A stretch of DNA of 64,000 nt from a bacterium (GTDB lineage: Bacteria; Electryoneota; Electryoneia; Electryoneales; Electryoneaceae), in NCBI GenBank assembly GCA_963669175.1, contig OY769902.1:768001-832000 (forward strand), read 5' to 3'. Under the pieces are notes generated by a model that was not told where the DNA came from, made no database searches, and worked only from the letters and a program-made list of their open reading frames with translations. The number at the start of each line of letters is the position of its first letter. Position 1 is the stretch's first letter. The position numbers were made by a program, and so were the translations under genes. Positions 18,761 through 29,052 of the stretch are shown here, in pieces.

Positions 18761-19930
18761 ATGAATACGTATACAGCAGTGGATTATTACCGTCTCGATG
18801 ATCTGTTGACGGAAGAGGAACGCCTGGTGCGTGACAGTGTGCGCGACTGGGTTTCCGATCGTGTTATTCCCAACATCGAAAACGCTTTCCGTGAAGGCAC
18901 GTTCCCTCGCGAATGGATTCAGGAAATGGCGGACCTGGGCCTGTTCGGACCGACACTTCCCGAGGAATACGGCGGTGCAGGGATCAACTACATCGCCTAT
19001 GGTCTTGCCATGCAGGAGTTGGAACGTGGCGACAGCGGCGTCCGTAGCTTCGCCTCGGTACAGAGCGCACTGGTGATGTACCCGATTTACACGTGGGGCA
19101 CGGAAGAACAGAAGAAATATTGGCTGCCCAAGCTGGCGCGTGCGGAGAAGATCGGCGCTTTCGGATTGACCGAGCCGGATTACGGCAGCGATCCGGGCGG
19201 TATGATCACCACCGCGAAGCGAGTAGACGGAGGTTATGTCCTCAACGGCGCCAAGATGTGGATCACCAACAGTACGATCTCAGATGTGATGATGGTCTGG
19301 GCCAAGCTGGACGGGAAGGTTGCCGGTTTCCTGGTGGAAAGCGACTGGGAAGGGGTATCCTGTCCGGAGCAGAAAGGAAAGTGGAGCCTGCGCGCCAGCG
19401 TGACCGGTGAAATCATTCTTCAAGACGTATTTGTGCCAGAGAGCCACCGTCTACCAAAAGCGAATGGGTTGGCATGTCCCCTGATATGTCTTGACCAGGC
19501 GCGGTACGGGATCGCATGGGGCGTCCTTGGCGCAGCACAGGCCTGTTATGACGACACTCTGAGGTACACACAGGAACGTGTTCAGCATGGCAAACCCATT
19601 GCCGGGTTTCAGATGGTGCAGGAACGTCTGGTCATCATGCTGACCGAGATTACCAAGGGGCAGTTGCTGGTGTATCGTTTGGGGCAGCTTCGTGACGCGG
19701 GCAAAGCGAGCTTTCGTCAGGTCTCGCTGGCCAAGCGCAACAACTGCCAGATCGCGCTGGAGGTGGCACGCACAGCACGTGATCTGCACGGCGCGAACGG
19801 TATCACTGAAGAATACCCGATCATGCGACACATGATGAACCTGGAATCGGTGTACACCTACGAAGGCACCCACAACATGCACACGCTGATTGTCGGGGCG
19901 GATATCACCGGGCTGGAAGCGTATCGTTAG
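18761..19930 (+). CDS. gcdH: Acyl-CoA dehydrogenase, glutaryl-CoA dehydrogenase type
   Basis: ELERGDSGVRSFASVQSALVMYPI, FGLTEPDYGSDPG, GAKMWITN, RYGIAWG, ESVYTYEGTH. Confidence 0.85.
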   Translation: MNTYTAVDYYRLDDLLTEEERLVRDSVRDWVSDRVIPNIENAFREGTFPREWIQEMADLGLFGPTLPEEYGGAGINYIAYGLAMQELERGDSGVRSFASVQSALVMYPIYTWGTEEQKKYWLPKLARAEKIGAFGLTEPDYGSDPGGMITTAKRVDGGYVLNGAKMWITNSTISDVMMVWAKLDGKVAGFLVESDWEGVSCPEQKGKWSLRASVTGEIILQDVFVPESHRLPKANGLACPLICLDQARYGIAWGVLGAAQACYDDTLRYTQERVQHGKPIAGFQMVQERLVIMLTEITKGQLLVYRLGQLRDAGKASFRQVSLAKRNNCQIALEVARTARDLHGANGITEEYPIMRHMMNLESVYTYEGTHNMHTLIVGADITGLEAYR

Positions 19931-19974
19931 GATGTGACGGTTATTGACACGCGACACACACCTGAGCAGAACAT

Positions 19975-20010
19975 AAAAACCCCCATCCGCCGGAAACGGA
20001 TGGGGGTTTG
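19975..20010. terminator. Bidirectional intrinsic terminator
   Basis: AAAAACCCCCATCCG-ccggaaa-CGGATGGGGGTTT between convergent genes. Confidence 0.75.
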
Positions 20011-20025
20011 TTGGTGTCGGAACAA

Positions 20026-20721
20026 TTAGTCAGCCATGATAGTCCGGAAATAGTCTGACATACGTTGCGCACGATTCGCCAGGTCGCTCAGCGTACGAAT
20101 GACTTCCAGGGAAACATATTTTCGTTCAAACGGAATCGTTGAATTCGTTTCCTGCAGAATTCCGCGAATGAGACGGAACTGGTGACGGTCGGTAATGTGT
20201 TCCAGGCGTCCTATCTCAATGATAATCTCATTCATTTCTTCTGACATGGCCAGTTTATAGCCGGCTTTTATCAGATCGCACATTTTGAAGGTCAACGTAG
20301 TTGCCATTTTGGCCGTATCGATACCATGCTGTCCAAGCTCCAGAAGAAGTTGTCGGCTTGAATATTTGCCGATTTCCTCCGGCGCCCAGAATGGCTGAAT
20401 GCGCAATAGCATGGCCAGGTCTTCCACCTTGTTAGCCAAACCATCCTGCATCCGGACATATGTGAGCATGTCACCACGCGGGATAGGCATAAATACGGAA
20501 CGTGGAATACTGGCTCGCAGATCAACCTTTCTAGAATCTGCATCCTGTTCCAATTGGAAAATTTTCTCTGCAAGATCGTGTACTTCCTGATCCCGACTTT
20601 CAACAGCCGCGGTTAACAAGGGGTGCAGCATGTCCAGGCATGCGTTCACCTGCTCTGTGTGTTCCAGCAATCCTGTAACCGGGCTGGGGCCGCCAAGCAA
20701 TTTGGACAGCACGTTAATCAT
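20026..20721 (-). CDS. DUF47 / PhoU-like phosphate transport regulator family protein
   Basis: LEQDADSRK, FMPIPRGD, QDGLAN, LEHITD, DLANRAQRMSD; GGAGGTGA RBS before ATG 20721. Confidence 0.8.
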   Translation of the reverse strand: MINVLSKLLGGPSPVTGLLEHTEQVNACLDMLHPLLTAAVESRDQEVHDLAEKIFQLEQDADSRKVDLRASIPRSVFMPIPRGDMLTYVRMQDGLANKVEDLAMLLRIQPFWAPEEIGKYSSRQLLLELGQHGIDTAKMATTLTFKMCDLIKAGYKLAMSEEMNEIIIEIGRLEHITDRHQFRLIRGILQETNSTIPFERKYVSLEVIRTLSDLANRAQRMSDYFRTIMAD

Positions 20722-21134
20722 CGTCACCTCCATCATGAGAGTCAGGTTGAATCTAACATTTCTTGAGAAATAAAGCAATAAGCTCATAGGGAGTTGTTAT
20801 CTTTTGGGTTAGGATGATGTTTCATGCAAACCCGGAAAAGAGTGCGCCTGTGAAGCCATTGGTCTTCAGGCTTTCTGTCCTGATCTATACAGCCGGGAAG
20901 TGTTAATTTATGCTAATCCTGACGATAACAATCCAGTGTAAGGATTCTGTTAGGATGGTGAGTTGTTATTGATTTTGTGGAAGAGGGGTGTCAAAGGCGC
21001 TGTATGTTTTTTCGAGCGTAACATCTTATATTGTTTTAGTTTGTAGAAAATATAGCGATTCCCATTATTAATCCGTCATATGGTCAGGTTCAATACCGGT
21101 GAAGAATCAACTACATAGTTGGAAAGAAGAGATG

Positions 21135-21324
21135 GAAAAAGGGGACAGCCTCCTTTCCCTGGGGTAAAGCCTTCCCGCTGTAAACATGGACCGGGAAAGG
21201 TGGCTGTACCCTTTTTTCTGAGAACAGGCATGAAATACACGGAAAAGGGGACAGTTTCCTTTTCCATGAATACTTCAGGAATATTCTGCATAAGCGCGAG
21301 GAAAAGGATCCCGTCCCCTTTTCC
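21135..21324. repeat. Cluster of four REP-like units (two inverted doublets)
   Basis: GAAAAAGGGGACAGCCTCCTTTCC, GAAAGGTGGCTGTACCCTTTTTTC, GGAAAAGGGGACAGTTTCCTTTTCC, GAAAAGGATCCCGTCCCCTTTTCC. Confidence 0.75.
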
Positions 21325-21357
21325 CGGCAATCTCTATTATGTCGGAATAAAATCGAG

Positions 21358-22734
21358 TTCCTATGTTAAACGACAGGCGCATCAAGTCGTGTTGGAACTG
21401 CTATCTTAGCAGTATTCCATTTTTCCAACACAAGGAGAAGCGCCATGTCGAAGAACCAAGTTATTGCAGCGGACCGTTCATTGTCTATAGGTCTGGATGT
21501 TGATTCGCAGACTTCTTTCGCCGTTGTGCTCGACACCCAGACTGGTGAAGTGCTCTTTGAGAATCGGATCAAGCATGACTCAGCCGCCTGGGAACGCTTC
21601 TTTGCCCGTTTTCCCAACTGCCGCATGTGGGCGTGTTATGAAGCGGGCCTCACCGGCTTTGGCCTCTGTCGTTACCTGATCGGCCAAGGTGTTGACTGCC
21701 AGATCGCGCCGCCCAGCCAAGTTCCCAAAGGGGCGCAAGCGAAGCAGCAGAAGACCGATCATCTGGATGCCCTTACCTTGGCCCACATGTTCTGGACACC
21801 ACCTCGTACCTGGGTACATGTCCCCACAGAACAGGAAGAGGCGGATCGTCAGTTGTCTCGCACCCGTGACCAGGTGATGAATGATCGCGTTCGGGTCAAA
21901 AACCGAATCAAGAGTCTGCTATTGTTTCACGGTTTACAGTCACCGTTTCCGCCGCAACGCTATTGGACAAAGGAATACCGGCGCTGGTTGCGAACGTGTG
22001 ATTGTCTGGCCGCGACACGGATAGCCATTGATGTTGCTCTCGATGAGCTGGAGGCCATTGAACAGCAACTCAAGGTGATCACCAAAGCGATCAAGGCGAT
22101 GAATGCGTCCGCAACGTATCGGGACCGTACCCAGCGCCTGCGCCAGGTGAAGGGAGTGGGCGAGTTGACCGTGAACGCCTTCGTGACCGAGATGTATCGT
22201 CCCGAACGCTTCGCATCCGGTAAGCAAGTCGGCGCACATCTTGGCTTGACGCCGTGTGAATGGTCAAGCGCCAACACACGCCATATGGGACACATTACCC
22301 ACTGGGGACCGTCCCATCTACGAAAACTATTGGTCGAAGCTGCGTGGCGTTGGGTGCAAAAAGATCCGTATGCAAAGAAGAAATACGATGCGATCCATGC
22401 CGGGAAAACACGGAAAGTGGCGATCGTCGCCATGGCACGAAAACTAGCCGTGATACTGTGGGCCATGCTGGTCAAAGAACAAGACTACAATCCTGCCTGC
22501 GTATAACCCCAGCACTGCTGGCAGGTAGGTAAAGCATAGATTGTGATTGAATCGTCCGATGCCATTGGGAACACGCGACCCTGGTAGTTATTCTGTTGCT
22601 TGACAACGATTCGAGTTTAGGGCGCCGCTGTTCCGTGCGAACAAAAAACCTGTGCCACGAGCACGAATAGCAGAACGGCACATGGGACGATACAAAGGCT
22701 CTTTACACCCTTGACTGTTTACATAGCAGAACAG
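21358..22734 (+). mobile_element. IS110-family (IS1111-type) insertion sequence
   Basis: Transposase with short 5' end and ~225-bp 3' non-coding end; subterminal IRs CTATGTTAAAC (21361-21371) / GTTTACATAG (22717-22726); AG dinucleotide at both junctions (21356, 22733). Exact ends are inferred. Confidence 0.75.
21445..22506 (+). CDS. IS110-family DEDD transposase/recombinase
   Basis: IGLDVD, CYEAG, KTDHLDA (DEDD RuvC-like); C-terminal KGVGEL, GLTPCEWSSA, LVEAAW, AIVAMARKL. Confidence 0.95.
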   Translation: MSKNQVIAADRSLSIGLDVDSQTSFAVVLDTQTGEVLFENRIKHDSAAWERFFARFPNCRMWACYEAGLTGFGLCRYLIGQGVDCQIAPPSQVPKGAQAKQQKTDHLDALTLAHMFWTPPRTWVHVPTEQEEADRQLSRTRDQVMNDRVRVKNRIKSLLLFHGLQSPFPPQRYWTKEYRRWLRTCDCLAATRIAIDVALDELEAIEQQLKVITKAIKAMNASATYRDRTQRLRQVKGVGELTVNAFVTEMYRPERFASGKQVGAHLGLTPCEWSSANTRHMGHITHWGPSHLRKLLVEAAWRWVQKDPYAKKKYDAIHAGKTRKVAIVAMARKLAVILWAMLVKEQDYNPACV

Positions 22735-22852
22735 CTATATCTATCGACAAGGTACTTTGCTGTCGTGTTTTCAGGAGCAGACAGTAACCATTGCTGTGAT
22801 CCGGGTGTCTAACTATGAGTGGATCACCATGGAGTCGGATCAGGAGGAATAC

Positions 22853-23710
22853 ATGAGTCGCTCAAAGCAACTACTTATCGCCCTGGCAACAGGTGCGTGT
22901 CTTTTAACGGGATTATTGGCTGGGTGTGTCAAGCAGGATGGTCAAACAATTCAAATGCTTGGTGGCGCTATCAGCATTCGAATTCCGGAAGACTGGAGCA
23001 CAGAGTCCGAATCTTCCGATCCGCTGGAATTTTACCTCAAGCATGGTGATCAGACTCTGGCCAGCCTGGTCGCCGAGGCCGGTGAAGCGGTGACCCAGAA
23101 GTATCCTCAAACCTGGGACGAAGAACTGGTTACAGCACAAGGTATGAACTCGAGCCAGCTTGGCGATTTGGAAGAGATCTTTGCCCATATGCAGAAGGGT
23201 GTCCGCTATTTCGACCGTGACGATAAAGCAATGGCCTACCTTGAGGACGGGCCTGAAGGTCTGGACCATTTACACATGCGCTTCTATGATGATGATGAGG
23301 GCGCTGTACTCACGATGGATATCTCCTTGAAGCCTAAAACCATGAGCACCATGCGCGAGGCTATCATTGAAGTTTACCGAAATGTCCATGTTGATGACCA
23401 GGTCAGTGTGAGTGTGTCTTACGGCGACACCGAATCCAGCAACGCAAAACAAGCCCTGGACAATATGCTTGATCAGTACGACAAGCTTCTTGATCAGTAT
23501 AAACAGGCGCGTAAACAGGCGGAAAAGGGTATCGCCGGGGCTCAGGATGAAGCCATGAAGCTGTCTGACCAGATATCAGACTGGACTGACAGTTGGGATG
23601 ATAAGATGGATGAATTAAGCGAACAATTGACCGCGTCCGATCTGCTTGAAGTGACACGTGAATATCGAGACAAATTGGAAGAATATCGCGACATTATTAC
23701 GGGCGATTGA
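22853..23710 (+). CDS. Hypothetical lipoprotein with C-terminal helical/coiled-coil region
   Basis: AGGAGG RBS, lipobox LLAGC after hydrophobic signal. Confidence 0.8.
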   Translation: MSRSKQLLIALATGACLLTGLLAGCVKQDGQTIQMLGGAISIRIPEDWSTESESSDPLEFYLKHGDQTLASLVAEAGEAVTQKYPQTWDEELVTAQGMNSSQLGDLEEIFAHMQKGVRYFDRDDKAMAYLEDGPEGLDHLHMRFYDDDEGAVLTMDISLKPKTMSTMREAIIEVYRNVHVDDQVSVSVSYGDTESSNAKQALDNMLDQYDKLLDQYKQARKQAEKGIAGAQDEAMKLSDQISDWTDSWDDKMDELSEQLTASDLLEVTREYRDKLEEYRDIITGD

Positions 23711-23799
23711 CCCGAAAAGATTGTATCAATGCGATCTGATCATCTTGACCATCCCCTGACAGGTGGAGTAGCTTATTACTGGATATTCCTGGGGGTGGG

Positions 23800-24513
23800 A
23801 TGAAAAAACAATTGATGGCGGGTGCAGTCGTCTTCCTTTGTTTGGCGCTGGCCCTTCCGGCATTTGCCAACCTGAACGACATAATTGCCTTCGGAATTAC
23901 CACATCCGGACGGTATTGCCAGTACGGCGACAATTCCAGCCTGATTTCCAGCGGCGAGTACCACACAGACGCTTTTCACCGTAAAGGGATCGGCTTTGAC
24001 CTGCGATTGCTGATTCGTGATGATCTCGTTTTCAAATTTGGCTACAGACGCATGCATGCTGACGCTGGTGATGTGGTTGTGTTCCGCAGAGCCTATGTGT
24101 GGGATGAATATTACGGTGGTTACGATTCACGACTGGTCAGGCTTGACGCTGAAAAACTGGCTGACGTTCAGATCTATGAAATTATGCCCGGTGTCCGAAA
24201 CAGGATAGCTTCCTGGTGGTATTTCACCGTCGGAACAGGCCTAACCATTTTTCACGCGGAAGAACACACGGAGATCACATATACCGGGCAACTGGAAATG
24301 GAATTTCGTATCACTAACGCCTTCGGGATTATCGGTGATATCCAATATTCACGAAACATCCGGCTGGGGGATGAACTGGACACACTCCCAAGCAGTTACT
24401 ATCTCTACGAAGAAGACAACACCGACACGTATTACGCGGATGAACTGACATGGCTGGGCTGGGGATATAATGTCGGCATCATTATTTACCCGGGGTATTT
24501 ATTGAGTCCCTGA
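23800..24513 (+). CDS. Hypothetical exported protein, probable outer-membrane beta-barrel
   Basis: Signal peptide (ALPAFA), alternating hydrophobic/aromatic strands, C-terminal WGYNVGIIIYP. Confidence 0.65.
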   Translation: MKKQLMAGAVVFLCLALALPAFANLNDIIAFGITTSGRYCQYGDNSSLISSGEYHTDAFHRKGIGFDLRLLIRDDLVFKFGYRRMHADAGDVVVFRRAYVWDEYYGGYDSRLVRLDAEKLADVQIYEIMPGVRNRIASWWYFTVGTGLTIFHAEEHTEITYTGQLEMEFRITNAFGIIGDIQYSRNIRLGDELDTLPSSYYLYEEDNTDTYYADELTWLGWGYNVGIIIYPGYLLSP

Positions 24514-24670
24514 CCCGACTGATCCTCTGTCTATTGTGTGGATTTAATAAAAATCAACATCTTGTTTGCAGCGCTCACCCCCTCCACTTTCCTCGCGTCT
24601 CCTTGTGTTAAGCGATGGCTTCTGCTTACGTTTCCCTGTTACAACGTGAACCTGTTTGATCGAGGATACA

Positions 24671-26125
24671 ATGTCCGAAAAACTGCTCTACGAATTGTCC
24701 CAGCCGGGGCGTCGGGGTGTCAAACTTCCGAAACTGGATGTGCCCGAAAGCGAAGCCCTGCCTGCAAGTTTGCTGCGTAGTGCGCCGGCTCCCCTACCGG
24801 AAGCCAGCGAGTTTGATGTGATCCGTCACTTCACCCGTTTGTCTACTCTGAACCATCATGTAGACAAGGATTTTTATCCCCTCGGATCCTGCACCATGAA
24901 ATACAACCCCAAGCTGAATGAAGCAATTGTGGGGATGCAGGAATGGGCCGGGCTTCATCCCCTGGCGCCGACATCGGCTGTACAGGGCGCCCTGGAACTT
25001 ATGTGGCAGCTTGGCGAAGCGCTCAAAGCGGTCACCGGATTTGACGCTGTCACACTGCAACCCCCTGCGGGAGCGTCCGGCGAGTTGACCGGCCTGATGC
25101 TGATGAAGGCGTACCACGCGGATCGTGGCGACCTGAAACGGAACAAGGTCATTATCCCGGATTCCGCACACGGCACCAATCCCGCTTCTATCGCGTTTGC
25201 CGGGTTCGAAGTGATCGAAGTTCCTTCAGATCCCGATGGCACTCTCGGCCCGGACGCGATCAGGGATGTTGTTGGTGATGATACTGTCGGCCTGATGATC
25301 ACCAACCCGAACACGTTGGGGATTTTCGAAAGTCGTATCCAGGAAATCGCCAAGCTGGTACACGATGCCGGCGGCTTGATTTACATGGATGGCGCAAACC
25401 TGAACGCCCTCATGGGAATCGCCCGTCCTGCGGACATGGGCTTTGATGTCATGCACATCAACCTGCACAAGACCTTTTCCACCCCGCACGGCGGCGGCGG
25501 CCCGGGCAGTGGTCCGGTAGTCTGCACCGCAGCGCTGGAACCTTTCCTGCCGGTTCCGGTTGTGATCAAGGGTGATGGTCTCTATTTCCAGGACTGGGAC
25601 CGAGCCAAGAGTATTGGCAAGATCCACGGCTTCTACGGCAACTTCCTGGTTCTGGTGCGGGCGCTGGTATACATCCTTTCCTGCGGTGGCAACGGTCTCC
25701 GTCAGGTCAGCGAGACAGCAATTGTGAATGCCAATTACATCCGTGTGAAGTTGCAGGAAGATTATCACCTGCCGCATCCGGAGCGTTGTCTGCATGAATG
25801 TGTGTTCTCCGCAGACCGCCAGGTAAAGGAAAATGGTGTCAAGGCGCTGGATATCGCCAAACGTCTGCTCGATTTCGGCGTACATGCTCCGACGGTATAC
25901 TTCCCGCTGATCGTGCATGAAGCTATGATGATTGAACCGACCGAAACCGAATCGCTGGAATCGGTAGATCATTTCATCGAGATTATGAAGCAGATCGCGC
26001 AGGAAGCGAAAGACGATCCGGAACTGCTGCAAACCGCGCCCCACAATACACCGGTGCGTCGTCTGGATGAAGCGGCAGCAGCTCGCAAACCTAACGTATG
26101 CTATAAGCCGGAGACACAGGACTGA
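24671..26125 (+). CDS. gcvPB: Glycine dehydrogenase (decarboxylating) subunit 2
   Basis: RHFTRLS, PLGSCTMKYNP, SAHGTNPAS, DGANLNA, NLHKTFSTPHGGGGPG, MIEPTETES. Confidence 0.96.
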   Translation: MSEKLLYELSQPGRRGVKLPKLDVPESEALPASLLRSAPAPLPEASEFDVIRHFTRLSTLNHHVDKDFYPLGSCTMKYNPKLNEAIVGMQEWAGLHPLAPTSAVQGALELMWQLGEALKAVTGFDAVTLQPPAGASGELTGLMLMKAYHADRGDLKRNKVIIPDSAHGTNPASIAFAGFEVIEVPSDPDGTLGPDAIRDVVGDDTVGLMITNPNTLGIFESRIQEIAKLVHDAGGLIYMDGANLNALMGIARPADMGFDVMHINLHKTFSTPHGGGGPGSGPVVCTAALEPFLPVPVVIKGDGLYFQDWDRAKSIGKIHGFYGNFLVLVRALVYILSCGGNGLRQVSETAIVNANYIRVKLQEDYHLPHPERCLHECVFSADRQVKENGVKALDIAKRLLDFGVHAPTVYFPLIVHEAMMIEPTETESLESVDHFIEIMKQIAQEAKDDPELLQTAPHNTPVRRLDEAAAARKPNVCYKPETQD

Positions 26126-26175
26126 GTTTACCAGAATCAACACCACTGACCCCAGAAGAACTTGCCCGGCTCGGT

Positions 26176-29010
26176 TTGAGCCGGTTTGTTGCGATTGATT
26201 TGGAAACGACCGGGGGCGATGCCTCCACTCACCGCGCCCTCGAGCTGGGCGCGGTTCGTTTTGTTGGGGGCAAGGAGACGGAACGCTTCAGCGAACTTGT
26301 CGCTATTGAAGGGCGTGTTCCGCCGGAAATCACACGTCTGACCGGGATCACCGACGCCGATCTGGATGGCGCGTCAACCATAGAAGAACTGATGAAGCCG
26401 TACATCGACTTCATCGGGGAAGATCCGGTTGTCGGGCAGAATGTCGGCTTTGACCTCGGTTTTATCCGTGGTGAACTGGCGCGCTTGCCGATGAACCAGG
26501 CTTTTGATTGGAATTGCGGTCCGGTTCATGATACCCTGGATATCTCTCGCGCTTTCTTCCCGACTTGGCACAGCTATGCCCTGAATGCGCTGGTGGAATA
26601 CTGCGACGTGACGCTGGATGGTCACCACCGCGCGGTCAATGACGCCGAAGCGACCGGGCATGTCCTGCTGAAACTACTTGCCGCCGCCCGTAGAACCCCA
26701 TTCGGTGAACTGAATGAAATGCGGCGTCTGGTGGGCGAAGATACCAGCCTGTGGGAGGTCATCGCAGGATTGGCATCCATCGGTAATGGTTCCCTGGGCG
26801 TGGCTACGCTCGATCCCTTGCCAGACAACAGGATCGGAAAATGGCGCAAGGGAGAGGATGGCGAAGAGACCCCGGCGGAACGTCTGAAACGATCCCGCAT
26901 GACCATCGCATCTTTCTTCGCTGAAGAAGGCCCACTGTCGAAAACGATAGAAGGTTTCCAGCCACGCGCCGGACAGGTTCACATGGCGGAAGAAGTACTG
27001 GATACCTTTACCGGTGAGGGGTTTCTTTTCGCGGAAGGCGGAACCGGAACCGGGAAGAGTTTTGCCTACCTGCTTCCCGCATTGTTACACGCAGAACGTG
27101 AAGAGAAAAAGGTGGTCGTTTCCACCTATACTCGTCACCTGCAAGAACAGTTATTCTTTAAAGATTTACCCGCCCTGAACGAAGCTGTTGGCGGCGGAGT
27201 GCGTGCCGTCCTGTTAAAGGGACGGAGCAATTATATCTGTAAACGCAGGTTCGAAGCGCTTACCTCTGATCCGACCAGCCTCAGCGCGGAAGAACGGATA
27301 TCCCTGCTTCCGTTGGTACGTTGGCTGAACATCACCCGAAGCGGTGACATCGGCGAATGTACCGGATTCCGTCCGGTTCGGGGTGTATGGCAACGCATTT
27401 CGGCTGAATCCGGGTTTTGTACCGCCCGTGTCTGCCGAGGACAGGACCACTGTTTCCTGCACAGGATTCGAACCAGCGTTCTCTCGGCGCATGTGGTGCT
27501 GGTAAACCATTCCCTGTTATTCAGCGATCTCGCCGCCGATGGCGGTGTCATCGGTGACTACCAGTGTGTCGTATTCGATGAAGCTCACCATGTGGAATCG
27601 GTAGCCGCCAATCATCTTGGCCTCGAGTTCAACACCAACCAGGTTCGTGGTGTACTGGGACGTTTATACGACAAACGCAGCGAAGGCGGCCTGCTGGTAC
27701 GTCTCGGCAATACAGCCTCCGCGTTGCTGAAATCCCCGCTGGAACGCGGTGACGCCGATGATGACCCGGTGGAAGAAGCCCTTGACGCCGTTAAGGAAGC
27801 CGATCGTCTCGCGCTGGATATCAGCAAGTTGCTCTACCAGGTGTTGAGCGATGATTCCGGACTGGATGAATCGGACTATTCACGACGCGTGCGATATCGT
27901 GATGGCAGTAAACTGATTGAACCGATTCGTGAAGATATGGCCGAGTTCAGGGCTGCATTGAAAGAGGTCGACCGGAAAATAGATGATCTCGTGGAAGAAT
28001 TGGGTGATTCCGAAGCGGATCTGGTGGACGGAGATGATCTCGGCGGCGAACTGAAACGGCTGCAGGGTGAACTGAAATCCATCTGCTATTCCCTGGAGAC
28101 CCTGACCGGGCCGGAACAGGCGAATGTCGTTTTCTGGTATGATTTGCCACGCAACCCCATGTTCCCGGTGCGCCTTTACGGGGCCCCGCTGGATGTGGGC
28201 GAAGTCTTGAAAGCAACGCTGTATGAACGGGCCAAAGCTGCCGTATTCACGTCCGCTACAATGACCGTAGCCGGGAAATTCGACTATATCGCGGGACGGT
28301 TGGGGATTGACGAGTTCCGTGGCACCATCTATGAATCCCCCTTTGACTGGAATGAACAGCTCTTTATTGCGATGGCCTCGTTCCTGGGTAATCCCAAGGG
28401 GGATGTAGACCGTTTTACCAAAGGTGTAGGACGTCTGGCTTACCGTCTGTCTGTCGAACTGGACGCCGGATCGCTGGTGCTGTTCACTTCAAACAAGATG
28501 CTGCGTGAAGCCTACGATTACGCCAAGACATGGATGGAACAGGAAGACTGGCTGTTGCTGGGCCAGAACCTGGACGGCGGTCAGGCAAACTTGCTGGAAC
28601 GATTCAAACAGAACCGTCAATCAACGCTTTTCGGGTTGGACAGCTTCTGGGAAGGCGTGGATGTACCCGGCGATTCGCTTGAACTGCTGATCGTGGCGCG
28701 CCTGCCTTTCTCTGTGCCCACCGATCCGCTGGTACAGGCACGCAGCGAAAAAATTCAGCGCGAAGGCGGTAATCCCTTCATGGAATACACCCTGCCAGAA
28801 GCCGCGCTGAAACTGAGGCAGGGAATAGGACGTCTGATCCGCTCCGTCGATGATATCGGCGTCGCTGTGATCTGCGATCCACGCCTGATCACCAGCCGTT
28901 GGGGCAAAGTAATCCTCGATTCACTGCCCGTGCGTCCGGTCGAATTCCGTGAGTATGACAAGCTGTTCCAGGTGCTGGAAGGATTTTTGAATGAGCCGGA
29001 AGAGGATTAA
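26176..29010 (+). CDS. dinG: DEDDh 3'-5' exonuclease-DinG helicase fusion
   Basis: DLETTG...HRAVNDA exonuclease; GTGTGKS, KGRSNYIC, DEAH, SATM, FWEGVD, RQGIGRLIR. Confidence 0.92.
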   Translation: MSRFVAIDLETTGGDASTHRALELGAVRFVGGKETERFSELVAIEGRVPPEITRLTGITDADLDGASTIEELMKPYIDFIGEDPVVGQNVGFDLGFIRGELARLPMNQAFDWNCGPVHDTLDISRAFFPTWHSYALNALVEYCDVTLDGHHRAVNDAEATGHVLLKLLAAARRTPFGELNEMRRLVGEDTSLWEVIAGLASIGNGSLGVATLDPLPDNRIGKWRKGEDGEETPAERLKRSRMTIASFFAEEGPLSKTIEGFQPRAGQVHMAEEVLDTFTGEGFLFAEGGTGTGKSFAYLLPALLHAEREEKKVVVSTYTRHLQEQLFFKDLPALNEAVGGGVRAVLLKGRSNYICKRRFEALTSDPTSLSAEERISLLPLVRWLNITRSGDIGECTGFRPVRGVWQRISAESGFCTARVCRGQDHCFLHRIRTSVLSAHVVLVNHSLLFSDLAADGGVIGDYQCVVFDEAHHVESVAANHLGLEFNTNQVRGVLGRLYDKRSEGGLLVRLGNTASALLKSPLERGDADDDPVEEALDAVKEADRLALDISKLLYQVLSDDSGLDESDYSRRVRYRDGSKLIEPIREDMAEFRAALKEVDRKIDDLVEELGDSEADLVDGDDLGGELKRLQGELKSICYSLETLTGPEQANVVFWYDLPRNPMFPVRLYGAPLDVGEVLKATLYERAKAAVFTSATMTVAGKFDYIAGRLGIDEFRGTIYESPFDWNEQLFIAMASFLGNPKGDVDRFTKGVGRLAYRLSVELDAGSLVLFTSNKMLREAYDYAKTWMEQEDWLLLGQNLDGGQANLLERFKQNRQSTLFGLDSFWEGVDVPGDSLELLIVARLPFSVPTDPLVQARSEKIQREGGNPFMEYTLPEAALKLRQGIGRLIRSVDDIGVAVICDPRLITSRWGKVILDSLPVRPVEFREYDKLFQVLEGFLNEPEED

Positions 29011-29015
29011 TAGAA

Positions 29016-29052
29016 TAATTGAACTATTCGATAATATCGAATAGTTCAATTA
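29016..29052. repeat. Perfect 37-bp palindrome
   Basis: TAATTGAACTATTCGATA-A-TATCGAATAGTTCAATTA, 18-bp arms, 1-nt spacer. Confidence 0.85.

Noticed and set aside
21076-21409. Short ORFs over the 21135-21324 cluster, and a possible CRISPR-like spacing
   Set aside because: Units alternate in orientation and are imperfect, and there are no cas genes. The ORFs are translations of REP DNA.
22711-22740. Hybrid outward promoter from the IS110 right end (TTGACT..TATATC)
   Set aside because: The 19-nt spacer is suboptimal, so support is insufficient.
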